Shown: positions 31,085-42,225 of the stretch, piece after piece
Position numbering within the stretch: position 1 is the first letter of the stretch
Layout of the letters: each line of letters opens with the position of its first letter
DNA from: Cenarchaeum sp.
GTDB taxonomy: Archaea; Thermoproteota; Nitrososphaeria; Nitrososphaerales; Nitrosopumilaceae
Direction of reading: 5' to 3'
Assembly (NCBI GenBank): GCA_965242695.1
Contig: CBDESU010000001.1
Coordinates: 1,184,001 to 1,248,000, forward strand
DNA: 64,000 nucleotides
The notes under the pieces: generated by a model
What the model was told of the DNA's origin: nothing
Database searches by the model: none
What the model saw: the letters and a program-made list of their open reading frames with translations, nothing else
Made by a program: the position numbers and the translations under genes

Positions 31085-31606
31085 CTAGCAGGATCGGCGG
31101 GTCACCATCTCAATGTACTCGCGTTCAAAGTCCTTGAAGTTGTCCACCATGATCTGCTTGTTCATAGCCTCATCTATGTTGCTCCTGATGCGCTTGTCCA
31201 AGCTCTGATCTATGCGCCTGTTTATGCTCTCGTCAAGGCTCCGATCTATGCGCCTGTTTATGCTCTCGTCAAGGCTCCGATCTATGCGCCTGTTTATGCT
31301 CTCGTCAAGCTTCCGGTCAAAATACTCGGCAATGGTCTCCCCCGTGCGCCGCTCATAGTCCACCCGGGACCGCTCTATATAGTCCTCGCGGCCGTCCTCG
31401 GGCATGTTTTTGAGCCATCCCTCGTACCACTCTAGCCACTCCGTGTCGTTCCTAGCCTTTGCATCAATGCAGAGGATCTCGAGGAAGAAGTCAAACGGCA
31501 CGTCGCACCTCTGCGCCTGCCTCGCCGCCGGCTGCCCCGCAGCGTCCTTTCGCCGCACGGCGGGGCCGCTGCCGCCGGGCGGCGGCTCCTGCCTTGTCAC
31601 GCTCAT
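31085..31606 (-). CDS. Hypothetical coiled-coil protein, copy 1 (three 12-aa repeats)
   Basis: TTATAT about 29 nt upstream; SINRRIDRSLDE x3 (36-bp units, 31203-31309). Confidence 0.75.
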   Translation of the reverse strand: MSVTRQEPPPGGSGPAVRRKDAAGQPAARQAQRCDVPFDFFLEILCIDAKARNDTEWLEWYEGWLKNMPEDGREDYIERSRVDYERRTGETIAEYFDRKLDESINRRIDRSLDESINRRIDRSLDESINRRIDQSLDKRIRSNIDEAMNKQIMVDNFKDFEREYIEMVTRRSC

Positions 31607-32116
31607 CAAACCGCGGCCGCAGGGGTGCCATATAAGTATACATATAGGGCGTAGATCGTGCAGGCAGGGCGGTCCGGCGCGGGCAGGCGCGGCGATGCCC
31701 CGCCAGGCCAGGCGGGCCCCTGCACACCGACTTCATCGGTCTCGTCGCCGGGACGGAAGGCGTTGCATGGCTCAGGGCGAACAGGGTTCGCCACGCCCGG
31801 CATGGCCATGCGGCTCGATCCCGACGCGGCCATACCCGCACGGGAAGGGACGCTGGCCTAGCGCCGCAGGCAGGAGCGGCCGCAACATCCCGTGCATGTG
31901 GCCCGGCTGGAAGCTGCGGCCGCGCCCCTCCGACGCCGTCTTCGCCCCGAATTCGTAAAAAAACGCCCCGGTTTTGGCGCTTGTCAGCCCCCCCCCCCCT
32001 CCCAGAGACCATGCAGCTAATTCTTTGCCCAAAAGCCGATTAAATTGGAAGGCTTGGTCCAGGGGCCCAAAGCGGGGACACGTCTGGCCAAAAGACATCA
32101 GACGATTCCAGTGCAT

Positions 32117-32566
32117 CTAGCAGGATCGGCGGATCGCCATCCCTATGTACTCGCGTTCAAAGTCCCTAAAGTTGTCCACCATGATCTGCTTGTTCATAGC
32201 CTTCTCGATGTTGCTCCTGGCGCACTCGTCCAAGCTCCGATCTATGCGCCTGTTTATGCTCTCGTCAAGCTCACGGTCAAAGTACTCGGCAATGGTCTCC
32301 CCCGTGCGCCTCTCGTAGTCCACCCTAGACCGCTCTATGTAGTCCTCGCGGCCGTCCTCGGGCATGTTTTTGAGCCATCCCTCGTACCACTCCAGCCACT
32401 CCGTGTCGTTCCTAGCCTTTGCATCAATGCAGAGGATCTCGAGGAAGAAGTCAAACGGCACGTCGCACCTCTGCGCCTGCCTCGCCGCCGGCCGCCCCGC
32501 AGCGTCCTTTCGCCGCAAGGCGGGGCCGCTGCCGCCGGGCGGCGGCTCTTGCCTTGTCACGCTCAT
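32117..32566 (-). CDS. Hypothetical coiled-coil protein, copy 2 (one repeat)
   Basis: Paralog of 31085..31606 with the same promoter. Confidence 0.75.
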   Translation of the reverse strand: MSVTRQEPPPGGSGPALRRKDAAGRPAARQAQRCDVPFDFFLEILCIDAKARNDTEWLEWYEGWLKNMPEDGREDYIERSRVDYERRTGETIAEYFDRELDESINRRIDRSLDECARSNIEKAMNKQIMVDNFRDFEREYIGMAIRRSC

Positions 32567-33109
32567 CAAACCGCGGCCGCAGGTGGGCCATATAAGTATA
32601 CTTGGGGGGCGGCGATCGCGCAGGCAGAGCGGTCAGCGCTGGCAGGCGCGGCAATGCCCCGCCAGGCCAGGCGGGTCCCTGCGCACCAACTTCATCGGTC
32701 TCGTCGCCGGGACGGAAGGCGTCGCACGGCTCGGGTCGAACAGGGTTCGCCGTGCTCGGCACGGCCATGCGCCTCGATCCCGACGCGGCCATACCTGCAC
32801 GGGAAGGGACGCTGCGCCTAGCGCCGCAGGCAGGAGCGGCCGCAACATCCCGGGCATGCGGCCAGGCTGGAAGCTGCGGCCGCGCCCCTCCGACGCCGTC
32901 TTCGCCCCGAATTCCCCTGGCCCCTGTGTAGTGCATGCCAGAATGCAGGCAGGTACGGCGCGCCTCGATTCCATGCCGCTGAAAAATAGCGGATCGGAAG
33001 CCGCGCCCCCGCCACGCCCCGCGCTGCGCTGTTGGGCCCTCGAAGCGCCTCCGGCAATGCACCGCCCACACGGCTGTTTTTCCCCCGCACGCCGCTACGA
33101 CGCCCAGCA

Positions 33110-33973
33110 TCATGCCGGCGGCGGTCGTCGCGCCCCAGGCATCCACAGCCCTCCGGCCTTCCCGCACTTCCAGAACACGAGAAAGTACGAGTGGTTCTTT
33201 CTCGCATGCACCTGCCTTACCATCCTGCTCACGCCCGGCCGGTTCCGCCGGACAACCACGAACATGTCCTCGGCGACGAGGCCCATTTTTTCATAGATTT
33301 TCACATGCTCCACGTGCGTGAATCGCTGTCTGTTGGCGCACACCTCGTCCTAGCACTTTACGATGAATACGCCGTTGTCCCGCAACACCCTCCACGCCTC
33401 GGCCCCCGCCTCGTCGTACAGGTCGATCACCGCCTGGTGGTACTTTGAGCAGGTCTGGCATCCCGAGCCGTTGTTTCTGTAGTGCCGCTCAAACGCCGCG
33501 TGGGTTGCGTGCGCCGTCCCGCCGGGCGAGTGCATGTACGGCGGATCAAGGACGACGCAGTCCACCTCCCCGTCCCCGTATGGAAGGCAGCGGCAGTCGG
33601 TGCCGGTAGATATGTCCGTGGCCTTGACATTGTACAGGCCGCGCGGGACGTTCTTCCAGAATACGCCCTTCCCGTACGTCACGTCGGCCACGGTGCAGCC
33701 CGGCCTTACGTAGAGCCGCAGTATGTCGGGAAACACAACGTCGTTGCCGTCGGTGCTTGCGCTGAGCACAAGATCGTTGGAGGGCCTCCCGTTTCTGACG
33801 ACGCGCCTTCGCCTGGCCGCTCCGCCCCGCGCCGCATCGGTGCCGCCGCCCCCCGAGCCTGCCGGCGCCGACGGGCCCAGTTGCGGGCGACGCAAAGAGG
33901 CCGCATGCCGCGCCCGCGGCGCCGCATGAGCCGCCCTGCCCTTGGCTTCACGGCGGTTCTGCGGCGCCTTCAT
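33110..33973 (-). pseudogene. Duplicate DNA methyltransferase with in-frame TAG
   Basis: 33153..34136 near-identical to 24755..25738; CAG replaced by TAG at 33350-33352; TATA altered; no REase downstream. Confidence 0.88.
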
Positions 33974-34199
33974 GCGGCCGCACCCGCCGCGGGCCGCATC
34001 ATATTGCTTGGGCGCGAGATCCATGATGCCGGCTCCACTCGGCCGGCGTTCGGCGCCAAGCTAAGGGGCGCGGCACAAGGCCGGCCAGGGCGCGCCAGAT
34101 CGGCGGCGCGCGTGGTGACTCCGCCAAGTCGGCACCGTCGTAGTTTGGTTCCCGCCGGCCGGCCCGCGCACATAAATCCCGCATGCACGGCCCGCGCGC

Positions 34200-35066
34200 G
34201 TGGGCATCCTCGGAGGCGGCGGCGGAAAAGAGTCCCGCGTGCATGCGGCCAGGGGCGACGAGGCCATGGAAAGGGACGCGTATGCAGAGTGGGTTATAGC
34301 CCGTGACTCGGCGGCACATGCAGATGGCGACGAGGCCATGGAAAGGGACGCGTATGCAGAGGCCCTCGAGTCCTACGACGAGGCCGTGAGGCTGGATCCC
34401 GGCAGCACCTACCTTCACGTGAGGCGCGGAGACGCCCTGGCCGCGCTAGACCGCGACAAAAAGGCCCTCGAATCCTACGACGAGGCCGTGAGGCTGGATC
34501 CAAAGGGCGCCGACGGGCACGGGAGGCGAGGCGAGGTACTGACGTACCTAGACCGCCACGACGAGGCCGTCGCGGCGCACGACGAGGCCGTCAGGCTAGA
34601 GCCGAGGAACGCCGACAGGCACGACATGCGCTGCAGCGCCCTGTGCAAGGCCGACCGCCTTGACGAGGCGCTCGCCGCGATCGCCAAGGCCGTGCGGCTG
34701 GATCCAAAGAGGGCAGAGTTCCGCGTAGGGCGGGGCGAGATACTCGCCCAGCTCGGCCGCGCCGACGAGGCGCGCGCCGCGCTCAAAGAGGCGGTGCGGC
34801 TCAAGCCGGAGGACGCGGACATCCACGGGAGCATGGGCAGGGCGCTCGGTTACCTCTGCCTCTACGAAGAGGCCCTCGCCGCATACGACGAGGCCGCGCG
34901 GCTCGATCCAAAGGATGTCGGCGCGCACGTGGGGCGGGCCCTGTCGCTGCATCGCATGGGCCGCCACAGGGAGGCCCTTGCGTCGGTCGACACGGCAGTC
35001 GGCCTGGACAGGCACGACCCGGGCGCCCGCTCGCTGAGGAGGGAAATTCGCAAGAAACTGGGGTAG
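34200..35066 (+). CDS. TPR-repeat protein
   Basis: ATAAAT at 34172 is 28 nt before GTG; about 7 TPR units; duplicated GDEAMERDAYAE. Confidence 0.9.
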   Translation: MGILGGGGGKESRVHAARGDEAMERDAYAEWVIARDSAAHADGDEAMERDAYAEALESYDEAVRLDPGSTYLHVRRGDALAALDRDKKALESYDEAVRLDPKGADGHGRRGEVLTYLDRHDEAVAAHDEAVRLEPRNADRHDMRCSALCKADRLDEALAAIAKAVRLDPKRAEFRVGRGEILAQLGRADEARAALKEAVRLKPEDADIHGSMGRALGYLCLYEEALAAYDEAARLDPKDVGAHVGRALSLHRMGRHREALASVDTAVGLDRHDPGARSLRREIRKKLG

Positions 35067-35817
35067 TCCAACCTGGGCGGCGCGCAGATGGCAGGCCGCA
35101 TCAAAAGGATGGCGGCCGGTCGGTAAGCGGCCGCAGGCGCAGGGCGCACAAGGAGGTCCTGCGCCCCTGCATTTCGGGTCGGATCGGGCCCCGGCCGCAC
35201 ACTGCTCCGCATCCCAGCCTTGTATTGAGTGCGGACTGGCCGCACGGCGGGGCGGACAGTTCGCTGCCCGTTCCGCAGGCGGCCCGTCCCTAGCCCCGGA
35301 CTCCACGGCGCGCACACTGCCGGCCCCGAGTCCATGTCCACGGGGCCCTGTGATCCTCGCGCAACTGCTTTTTTGCCGCCTTTTCCCTATCCTCGTCTTG
35401 CGCGCCGCCGTTGGCAGGCCCCTGTCGCCATCCTCAAGATCTTCGATCCGGCACTGGCCCCCAACGATCGGCCAGGCAACCCACGATCGGCCAGAAGGCG
35501 CGGCACCGCCCGCACTTGCCGCCGCTGGCGGCCGAAAGCCCCGCCCCATTCACGCCGCGCGTGGATCGCTCGATCGACGAATGCATCGCTCGTGCTCCTG
35601 CCCGTTCTCTCCGCGCGGCGCCGCCCGCAGCGCCCGCCATGCGCGTCCGTCGGTTCCACAGGCGGATGCCGCCAGAGACCCGAATGTCGGCATTCACGCT
35701 GCTATATAAGCAAGATATTTTTATATACCTCGCGCCATGCCCCCCGCTAGGGACTTGCGAGTCGGCAGGACCCGAGGGGCGGCGGCACCTGCGCATCTTG
35801 GCGCAACCGTCGCCCCG

Positions 35818-36567
35818 CTATCTTGGGACCGGGTAGTTCTTGATGCCGAACCCGTTCACCCTGCCCCCGATGCTCCACATGCAGGCCTCGAGGCCGGCGT
35901 ACCAGCTCGCGAACAGCGGATCGCCGTAGCATCGCTTGTGGATCACGTACGCGGCGACGTCGGCCCCCTGTATGAGCGGCTCTCGGCGCGAGTCCTTGAA
36001 TATGACATCCTCCATGACCCTGCTCCTGTACCTTCCGCGCCTCCCGATCCCCGCGTTTACCGCAGCGAGTGCATCCCTGGTTCCCGCCTCGTTTGGCCCG
36101 CCGCTCGAATCCGAGACGATCAGGCCCAGATCCCTGCCGCCCCAGTGGGCCAGGTACGCCTCGAATCGCTCCGCCAAGAGCCTCCACGCAAGCGTCCTTG
36201 TGCGCGGTCCGTCAAAGCCGCCGTGCAGCGGGTTCTTCCACACTACGACGCTGGCAAGCGATGCTCCAGATCCGGCTGTCGCGCCCGCCGTCCTTGAAAA
36301 GGCCTCTTTCTTTTTCCCAAGGTCGAGGCCGCGGCCGGCCCCCGAAAAGTGGCCCCTGTTGTTCCACATGTCGTACGCATGCAGCTCCTTGCCACGGGGA
36401 TTCGATCCCGCAAAGATATCCCGCTTGGCATCGTCGATCGCATCCCTTGCGCCGCCTATGCCGTACTCGTGCACTACAAGGCCGCTCTGTATGTGCACGC
36501 TGACGCCGCCCGCGCCGGTGCGGTGCGGGTGCGTGTTCCCAGAGTCGTCGACAAACATGGCATACAT
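35818..36567 (-). CDS. DUF3800-family (RNase H-like) protein
   Basis: MYAMFVDDSGN...KELHA...LIVSD...DSRREPLIQGADVAAY. Confidence 0.82.
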   Translation of the reverse strand: MYAMFVDDSGNTHPHRTGAGGVSVHIQSGLVVHEYGIGGARDAIDDAKRDIFAGSNPRGKELHAYDMWNNRGHFSGAGRGLDLGKKKEAFSRTAGATAGSGASLASVVVWKNPLHGGFDGPRTRTLAWRLLAERFEAYLAHWGGRDLGLIVSDSSGGPNEAGTRDALAAVNAGIGRRGRYRSRVMEDVIFKDSRREPLIQGADVAAYVIHKRCYGDPLFASWYAGLEACMWSIGGRVNGFGIKNYPVPR

Positions 36568-36820
36568 GGGCGGCCCTCCCATAGTCCACATAAGACCGTA
36601 CCCCGAATACGCTTGCGGAACCAGCTGCCGGCAATCCGCGCCAAGAACGGCCGCGATCCGTGCCGGTGCGCCGTGTGGACGGGCCGCGGCGCCCGGGCCG
36701 CCGGATGCGATCGTCCGGACCATCCAGATTCCGCGGCCGTCCATGCGCCGCCGCTGGCCATACGGCAGAGGCAGGCCGGCCGGCCGCACCGCATAAATCC
36801 CGCGCGCGCGGCGCGCCTGC

Positions 36821-38488
36821 ATGGGCGGTCCCGGGGGCGGCGAGGGCGGGGCCGAGGATGCCGCCGAGCCCGGCGGCAGTGCCGCGCAGCCGGACAAGGC
36901 GGCGGGCCAGGCATCCGTGGAGCGCGGCGCCGGCCTGTACAAGATCGGCCGGTACGAAGAGGCCCTCGAGTCGTACGACGAGGGCATCCGGCTGGACCCC
37001 GGCAATGCAAGGGGGCACTTGGGGCGCGGGTCGGCCCTGTACAGGCTCGGCCGGTACGAAGAGGCCCTCGAGTCGTACGACGAGGGCATCCGGCTGGACC
37101 CCGGCAATGCAAGGGGGCACTTGGGGCGCGGGTCGGCCCTGTACAGGCTCGGCCGGTACAGGGAGGCGCTCGCGGCGTGCAGCAGGGCCGTGCGGCTGGA
37201 CGGATCCGTCCCCGAGTTCCGCGCCATGCGCGGCGAGGCCCTCTTGGCCCTTTCCCGGCCCGGCAGGGCCGCGCGCGACCTCAGGGCGGCGGCCAGGTCG
37301 CTGCCGGACAACGCGGGGCTGCACATGGGCCTGGGGACGGCGTATGCGATGGCAGGGCGCTATCGAAGGGCGATCGCGGCGTTCGGCAGGGCCGCGCGGC
37401 TCGATCCGGCCGATCCGCATGCGCGCGCGGCGCGCGCCCAGGCGCTGCTCGAGTCGGGGCGCGCCGGCGAGGCCCTTGCCGAGTACGACAGGGCGCTGCG
37501 GCTGGACGAAAAGTTCGCCATCGCGCATGCCGGAAGGGGCGGCGCGCTGATCGCGTCCGGAAGGTTCGAGGAGGCGGCGGCCGCATGCGAGAGGGCCGCG
37601 CGGCTCGAGCCCCGCATGGCAGGCGCGCACGCGGCAAGGGGCGATGCGCTGATTGCGCTCGGGCGCGCCGCGGATGCGCTCGCCGCGTACGACGGGGCCG
37701 TGCGGGCCGGCCCCGGCATTGCCGAGGCCCACGCGTCAAGGGGGAGGGCGCTGGTGCTTCTCGGCAGGCACGCCGAGGCGCTCGCCGCATGCGACGAGGC
37801 GGTGCGGCTCGATCCGGGGTCGGCCGACTCTTATTTTGGAAGGGGCGAGGCGCTGGCTGCGCTCGGCCGCCCCGCGGATGCGCTCGCTGCGCTCGGCATG
37901 GCCGCGTCCCTGGACGACGGCATTGCGATGGTCCACAAGAAGCGCGGCGACATCCTCGTCGGGCTCGGCCGCCCCGCCGAGGCGCTCGCCGCCCTGGACA
38001 AGGCCGCATCCCTGGAGCCGGGCGCCTGGACCGTCCACCTTGCGCGCGGCGATGCGCTCCGCATGCTCGGCCGCGCCGCGGATGCGCTCGCCGCGTACGA
38101 CAAGGCGGCATCCCTGCAGCCGAACGCCTGGATGGTGCACCATGCGCGCGGCGATGCGCTCCTGGACACGGAGCGGCCCGGCGAGGCGCTCGTCGCGTTC
38201 GACGAGGCGGTGCGGCTCGAGCCCAGATCCGCGCCGCCGCACTGCAGGCGCGGCGCAGCGCTCGCAGCCCTGGGCAGGCACGCCGATGCGCTCGCCGCGT
38301 ACGACGCGGCGGCCGGGATCGATCCCAAGTCGGGCCGCGCCGCCTGCGGCCGCGCCGCGGCCCTTGCCGAGATGGGCCGAGCCGGGGAGGCCGTCGCCGC
38401 GTGCAACGAGGCGGTGCGGCTCGAGCCCCGCGACAGGGCCGTGGCCGAGGCCTGCGAAAGGGTGCGGCGCACGGTGGCCGGGGCATAG
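36821..38488 (+). CDS. TPR-repeat protein
   Basis: ATAAAT at 36793 (28 nt); about 15 TPR units; identical 102-bp duplication near 36950-37160. Confidence 0.92.
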   Translation: MGGPGGGEGGAEDAAEPGGSAAQPDKAAGQASVERGAGLYKIGRYEEALESYDEGIRLDPGNARGHLGRGSALYRLGRYEEALESYDEGIRLDPGNARGHLGRGSALYRLGRYREALAACSRAVRLDGSVPEFRAMRGEALLALSRPGRAARDLRAAARSLPDNAGLHMGLGTAYAMAGRYRRAIAAFGRAARLDPADPHARAARAQALLESGRAGEALAEYDRALRLDEKFAIAHAGRGGALIASGRFEEAAAACERAARLEPRMAGAHAARGDALIALGRAADALAAYDGAVRAGPGIAEAHASRGRALVLLGRHAEALAACDEAVRLDPGSADSYFGRGEALAALGRPADALAALGMAASLDDGIAMVHKKRGDILVGLGRPAEALAALDKAASLEPGAWTVHLARGDALRMLGRAADALAAYDKAASLQPNAWMVHHARGDALLDTERPGEALVAFDEAVRLEPRSAPPHCRRGAALAALGRHADALAAYDAAAGIDPKSGRAACGRAAALAEMGRAGEAVAACNEAVRLEPRDRAVAEACERVRRTVAGA

Positions 38489-38594
38489 GCGGGGAGCATG
38501 CAGGCGCCCGCGGGGACGGGCGGCGCCCGCGGGCCGGCGCTTCCGGCAGGGTCAATCCCGCGCGACATAAATCCCGCCCGGCGGGGCCGCGCCC

Positions 38595-40142
38595 GTGTGC
38601 GGCTCAGAGGGGCGCGGCGGCGGTGCCGCGGCGCGCAGTCCGGTGGACAGGGGCGACAGTGCGCTGGAAGGGGGCAGGGCCGAGGAGGCGCTCGAGGCGT
38701 ACGACGAGGCGGTCCGGCTGGATCCAAAGAGCTCGGCAGGGCACGCCGGCCGCAGCGCGGCGCTGCTCATGCTCGATCGCAGCGAGGAGGCGCTGGCCGC
38801 GTACGAAGAGGCCGCGAGGCTGGATCCGAACCCCGACGTCCACGAGGGGCGCGCCATGATGCTGGCCCTGGCGGGCCGCCACGAGGAGGCGCTCGCATCG
38901 TTTGACGAGGCGGTGCGGCGGGATCCGGAGAATCCCGACGTCCACGAGGGGCGCGGCACGGTGCTGCACGAGATGAATCGCCACAGGGAGGCCTTGGCCG
39001 CGTTCGACACGGCGGTCGGCCTCGATCGGGGCAGCCATGCGGCCCGCCTCGGGCGCGGGATCGTGCTCGTGGCCATGTCGCGGCCAGGCAGGGCGCTGCG
39101 GGACTTCAAGGCCGCGGCCGCGGCCAGGCCAGGCAGCGCCGAAGCACACGTGTGGATCGGGCTGGCGCACGGGCGTCGCGGCCGCGTCAAAAAGGCCATC
39201 GCCGCGCTCGGCAGGGCGGCGCGCATCGAGCCCCGCAATCCCGACATCAGAATTGCGCTGGGCCAGGCGCTGTTCGACGGCGACCGCGCCGGCGAGGCCC
39301 TTGCCGAGTACGACAAGGCGCTGCGGATCGACGACTCCCTGGTGCCGGCCCACGAGGAAAGGGGCTTTGCGCTGATCGACCTGGGCAGGAACAAGGGGGC
39401 GCTGGCCGCCTTCGACATGGCCGTGCGGCTCGAGCCCGGCAGGGCCATGGCCCACATGGGAAGGGGCATTGCGTTTTCCAGGGCAGGCAGGGTCAAGGGG
39501 GCGCTGGCCGCCCTAAACAGGGCCGTGCGGCTGGATCCCGGCCTGGCCCAGGCCCATGCCGAAAGGGGATCCGCGCTGCTCAGGATGGGCAGGAAGAAGG
39601 GGGCGCTGGCCGCCCTAAACAGGGCCGTGCGGCTGGATCCCGGCGATGCGGACGCGCGCTGGATGCGCGGCGAGGCGCTCGGCGCGCTCGGCCGCCACAA
39701 GCGGGCGCTCGCCGAGATCGACAGGGCAGAGTCGCTCGATCCCGGGTCCGCGGACGTGCACCATGCGCGGGGAATCATCCTCAGGGGCATGGACAGGTCA
39801 AACGAGGCGCTTGCCGCGTTCGACGAGGCGTTGCGGATCAATCCCGGCAGCGGGCAGGCACACTGCGAGCGCGGCAGGGTCCTCGTCGACCTTCGCAGGG
39901 ATGCAGAGGCGCTTGCCGCGTTCGACGAGGCGGCGCGGATCGAGCCCGACTCTGGGCAGGTCGCCGGAGGGCGCGCCATGGCCCTTGCCGACCTGGGCAG
40001 GTTCGGCGAGGCGCTGGCCGAGGCCGAAAGGGCCGCAAGGATCGAGCCGCACGACGAGGACATTGCGGTGATACTCGACACGCTGCGGCAGGTTCCCGCA
40101 TCCGCCCTGCGCGGCCGCCGCAGGGGCGGGCGCCGGGGCTAG
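38595..40142 (+). CDS. TPR-repeat protein
   Basis: ATAAAT at 38567 (28 nt before GTG); about 14 TPR units. Confidence 0.92.
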   Translation: MCGSEGRGGGAAARSPVDRGDSALEGGRAEEALEAYDEAVRLDPKSSAGHAGRSAALLMLDRSEEALAAYEEAARLDPNPDVHEGRAMMLALAGRHEEALASFDEAVRRDPENPDVHEGRGTVLHEMNRHREALAAFDTAVGLDRGSHAARLGRGIVLVAMSRPGRALRDFKAAAAARPGSAEAHVWIGLAHGRRGRVKKAIAALGRAARIEPRNPDIRIALGQALFDGDRAGEALAEYDKALRIDDSLVPAHEERGFALIDLGRNKGALAAFDMAVRLEPGRAMAHMGRGIAFSRAGRVKGALAALNRAVRLDPGLAQAHAERGSALLRMGRKKGALAALNRAVRLDPGDADARWMRGEALGALGRHKRALAEIDRAESLDPGSADVHHARGIILRGMDRSNEALAAFDEALRINPGSGQAHCERGRVLVDLRRDAEALAAFDEAARIEPDSGQVAGGRAMALADLGRFGEALAEAERAARIEPHDEDIAVILDTLRQVPASALRGRRRGGRRG

Positions 40143-40343
40143 GCGGCGCATCTGTGCGAACGATCCTGGCGGCGGCGCGCACAGAGCCCTGCGGAGCGCA
40201 TGCCCGGGCCGCAGGGCGCGCTGGATAACCTGCAGGCATGGCCGCCCGGCTGGCGGCAGGGCGCGCGCGGCCGGTCTCTCCCCCCTTCCGGTCGCCCCGC
40301 AGGAGCGGCGGGCGCGGCCCGATCACGCCCGCGCTAGCCCGCG

Positions 40344-41912
40344 CTAGCCCGCGCGCGCCAACCGCGCGGCATCTTCGAGCTCGGCGCGCGCCCCCCTGCC
40401 GTCGCCCATGATGCGCAGCGTGTTGGCGCGCAGCACGTGCCAGGCAGGCTTGTCCGGCTCGGCCCGAACCGCCTCGTCGCATGCGGCAAGGGTCTCGTCG
40501 TGGCGTCCGAGCAGGCGCAGCGCAATGCAGCGCCCCGCGTGGCTGGCAGCCTTGTTGGGATCCAGGCGGACGGCCTCGTCGAACGCGGCAAGGGCATCGC
40601 CCCTGCGATCAAGTGCGATCAGCACGTATCCGCGCGCCTCGTGCGCGGCGACACTCCTCGGCTTCAGCCGGACGGCCTCGTCCATCGCAGCGAGGGCATC
40701 GTCGTGGCGGCCCAGGTAGAACAGCGTCCGGCCGCGCGCCTCGTGCACGCCCGAGACGCGCGAATCGAGGCGGATCGACTCGTCAAGCGATGCGAGGGCA
40801 TCGTCGTGGCGGCCCAGGTAGAACAGAATCTTGCCGCACCCCTCGCGCCAGTCCGACGAGTCCGGATCCAGACAGACGGCCTCGTCCATCGCAGCGAGGG
40901 CATCGGAGTGGCGGCCCATGGCGAACAGCGCCTCGCCGCGCCCCGCGTGGCCGTGGGGCATGCCCCGCTCCAGCCGGACCGCCTCGTCGAACGCGGCGAG
41001 CGCCTCGTCGTGGCGGCCCAGGGCCAGCAGCGCCCTTCCGCGCCCCTCGTGCCCGATCCATCCCCCGGAATGCAGCCGGACCGCCTCGTCGAACGCGGCG
41101 AGCGCGTCGGCATCGCGGCCCAGGCCCAGCAGCGCCCTTCCGCGCCCCGCGCGCGCCACGGCGTGGCCCGGCTTCAGCCGGGCCGCCTCGTCGAACGCGG
41201 CGAGCGCGTCGGCGTGGCGGCCAAGGTACAGCAGGGAGCTTCCGCGCCCACTGTGCGGCTCGGCGCGGGCGGGGTCCAGCCGGACGGCCTCGTCGAACGC
41301 GGCGAGCGCGTCGGCGTGGCGATCAAGGCTGCGCAGTATCCATCCGCGCTCTCTGTGCCCAGAGGCGGTGCCCGGCTCCAGGCGGATCGCCTCGTCGATC
41401 GCCGCAAGCGCGTCTGCATCGCGGCCAAGCGCCGACAGGGCCACGGCGCGCCCCTCGCGCGCCCCAGCGCGGCCCGGCTCCAGGCGGGCCGCCTCGTCGA
41501 ACGCGGCGAGCGCGTCGGCGTGGCGGCCAAGGTGGCGGAGGGCCCAGCCGCGCCCCTCGTGCCTGGTGTGCACCCCCGCATCAAGGCCTATGGCCTCGTC
41601 GAACGCGGCGAGTGCCTCGGCATCGCGGCTCAGATAGAGCAGGGCCCTGCCGCGTCCGGCGTGGAACTGGGCATCCCTCGGGTCTAGCCGGACTGCCTCG
41701 TCGAACGCGGCGAGGGCATCGGCGTGGCGGCCAAGGGCAAGCAGCGCCATGCCGCGCCCCGTGCGGCCGGCGGCGTCGCCGGCATCCGTGCGGACGGCCT
41801 CTTCGAACGCGGCGAGCGCGTCGGCATATGCGCCCCTTTTGAGCGCCTCGCGCCCCCTGTCGGCGGGTCCGCCGCGCGGCGCGCCGTCTTCGCCCTCCGC
41901 CGCGCCGCCCAT
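40344..41912 (-). CDS. TPR-repeat protein (HADALAAFDEA subfamily)
   Basis: Minus-strand ATAAAT 41940-41935, 28 nt before ATG; about 15 TPR units; paralog of 52500. Confidence 0.92.
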   Translation of the reverse strand: MGGAAEGEDGAPRGGPADRGREALKRGAYADALAAFEEAVRTDAGDAAGRTGRGMALLALGRHADALAAFDEAVRLDPRDAQFHAGRGRALLYLSRDAEALAAFDEAIGLDAGVHTRHEGRGWALRHLGRHADALAAFDEAARLEPGRAGAREGRAVALSALGRDADALAAIDEAIRLEPGTASGHRERGWILRSLDRHADALAAFDEAVRLDPARAEPHSGRGSSLLYLGRHADALAAFDEAARLKPGHAVARAGRGRALLGLGRDADALAAFDEAVRLHSGGWIGHEGRGRALLALGRHDEALAAFDEAVRLERGMPHGHAGRGEALFAMGRHSDALAAMDEAVCLDPDSSDWREGCGKILFYLGRHDDALASLDESIRLDSRVSGVHEARGRTLFYLGRHDDALAAMDEAVRLKPRSVAAHEARGYVLIALDRRGDALAAFDEAVRLDPNKAASHAGRCIALRLLGRHDETLAACDEAVRAEPDKPAWHVLRANTLRIMGDGRGARAELEDAARLARAG

Positions 41913-42225
41913 GCGCGCGGGCCGGGCGGGCGGAATTTATGCCGTGCGGCAAGGGGCTTGCAGTGCGGCATCGGCCCGGCGGGCGGCAGCCAAGGGGCGG
42001 GCACCGCGGCCGGATGCGCCGCCCGGCAGGCGCGGGAGCGGGCACCGGCCGCGTGCAAAGGGCGGCGGATCTCCAGGCGGCCCCCGCCCCTCCCTCTCTC
42101 TCTCCCCCCCTCCCCAGCCGCATCGCAGGCGAGGCGGACGGGCGGCGCCCCGCCCCGCCCCGCCCCCCGTGCAAGAGGGAGCACGCATCGGCGCAGCTTA
42201 AATCAGGAGCGCGCTGGCGGCCCGC

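Larger units (their letters stand above)
30925..32914. repeat. About 1-kb imperfect tandem duplication
   Basis: Units start aaaaaaacgccccggttttggcgcttgtcagcccc (30925, 31957) and end ttcgccccgaattc (31954, 32914). Confidence 0.9.

Noticed and set aside
33350-33352. Pyrrolysine or stop read-through in MTase copy 2
   Set aside because: The paralog has Gln here, the promoter is also degraded, and no pyl genes are seen; simple nonsense mutation is more likely
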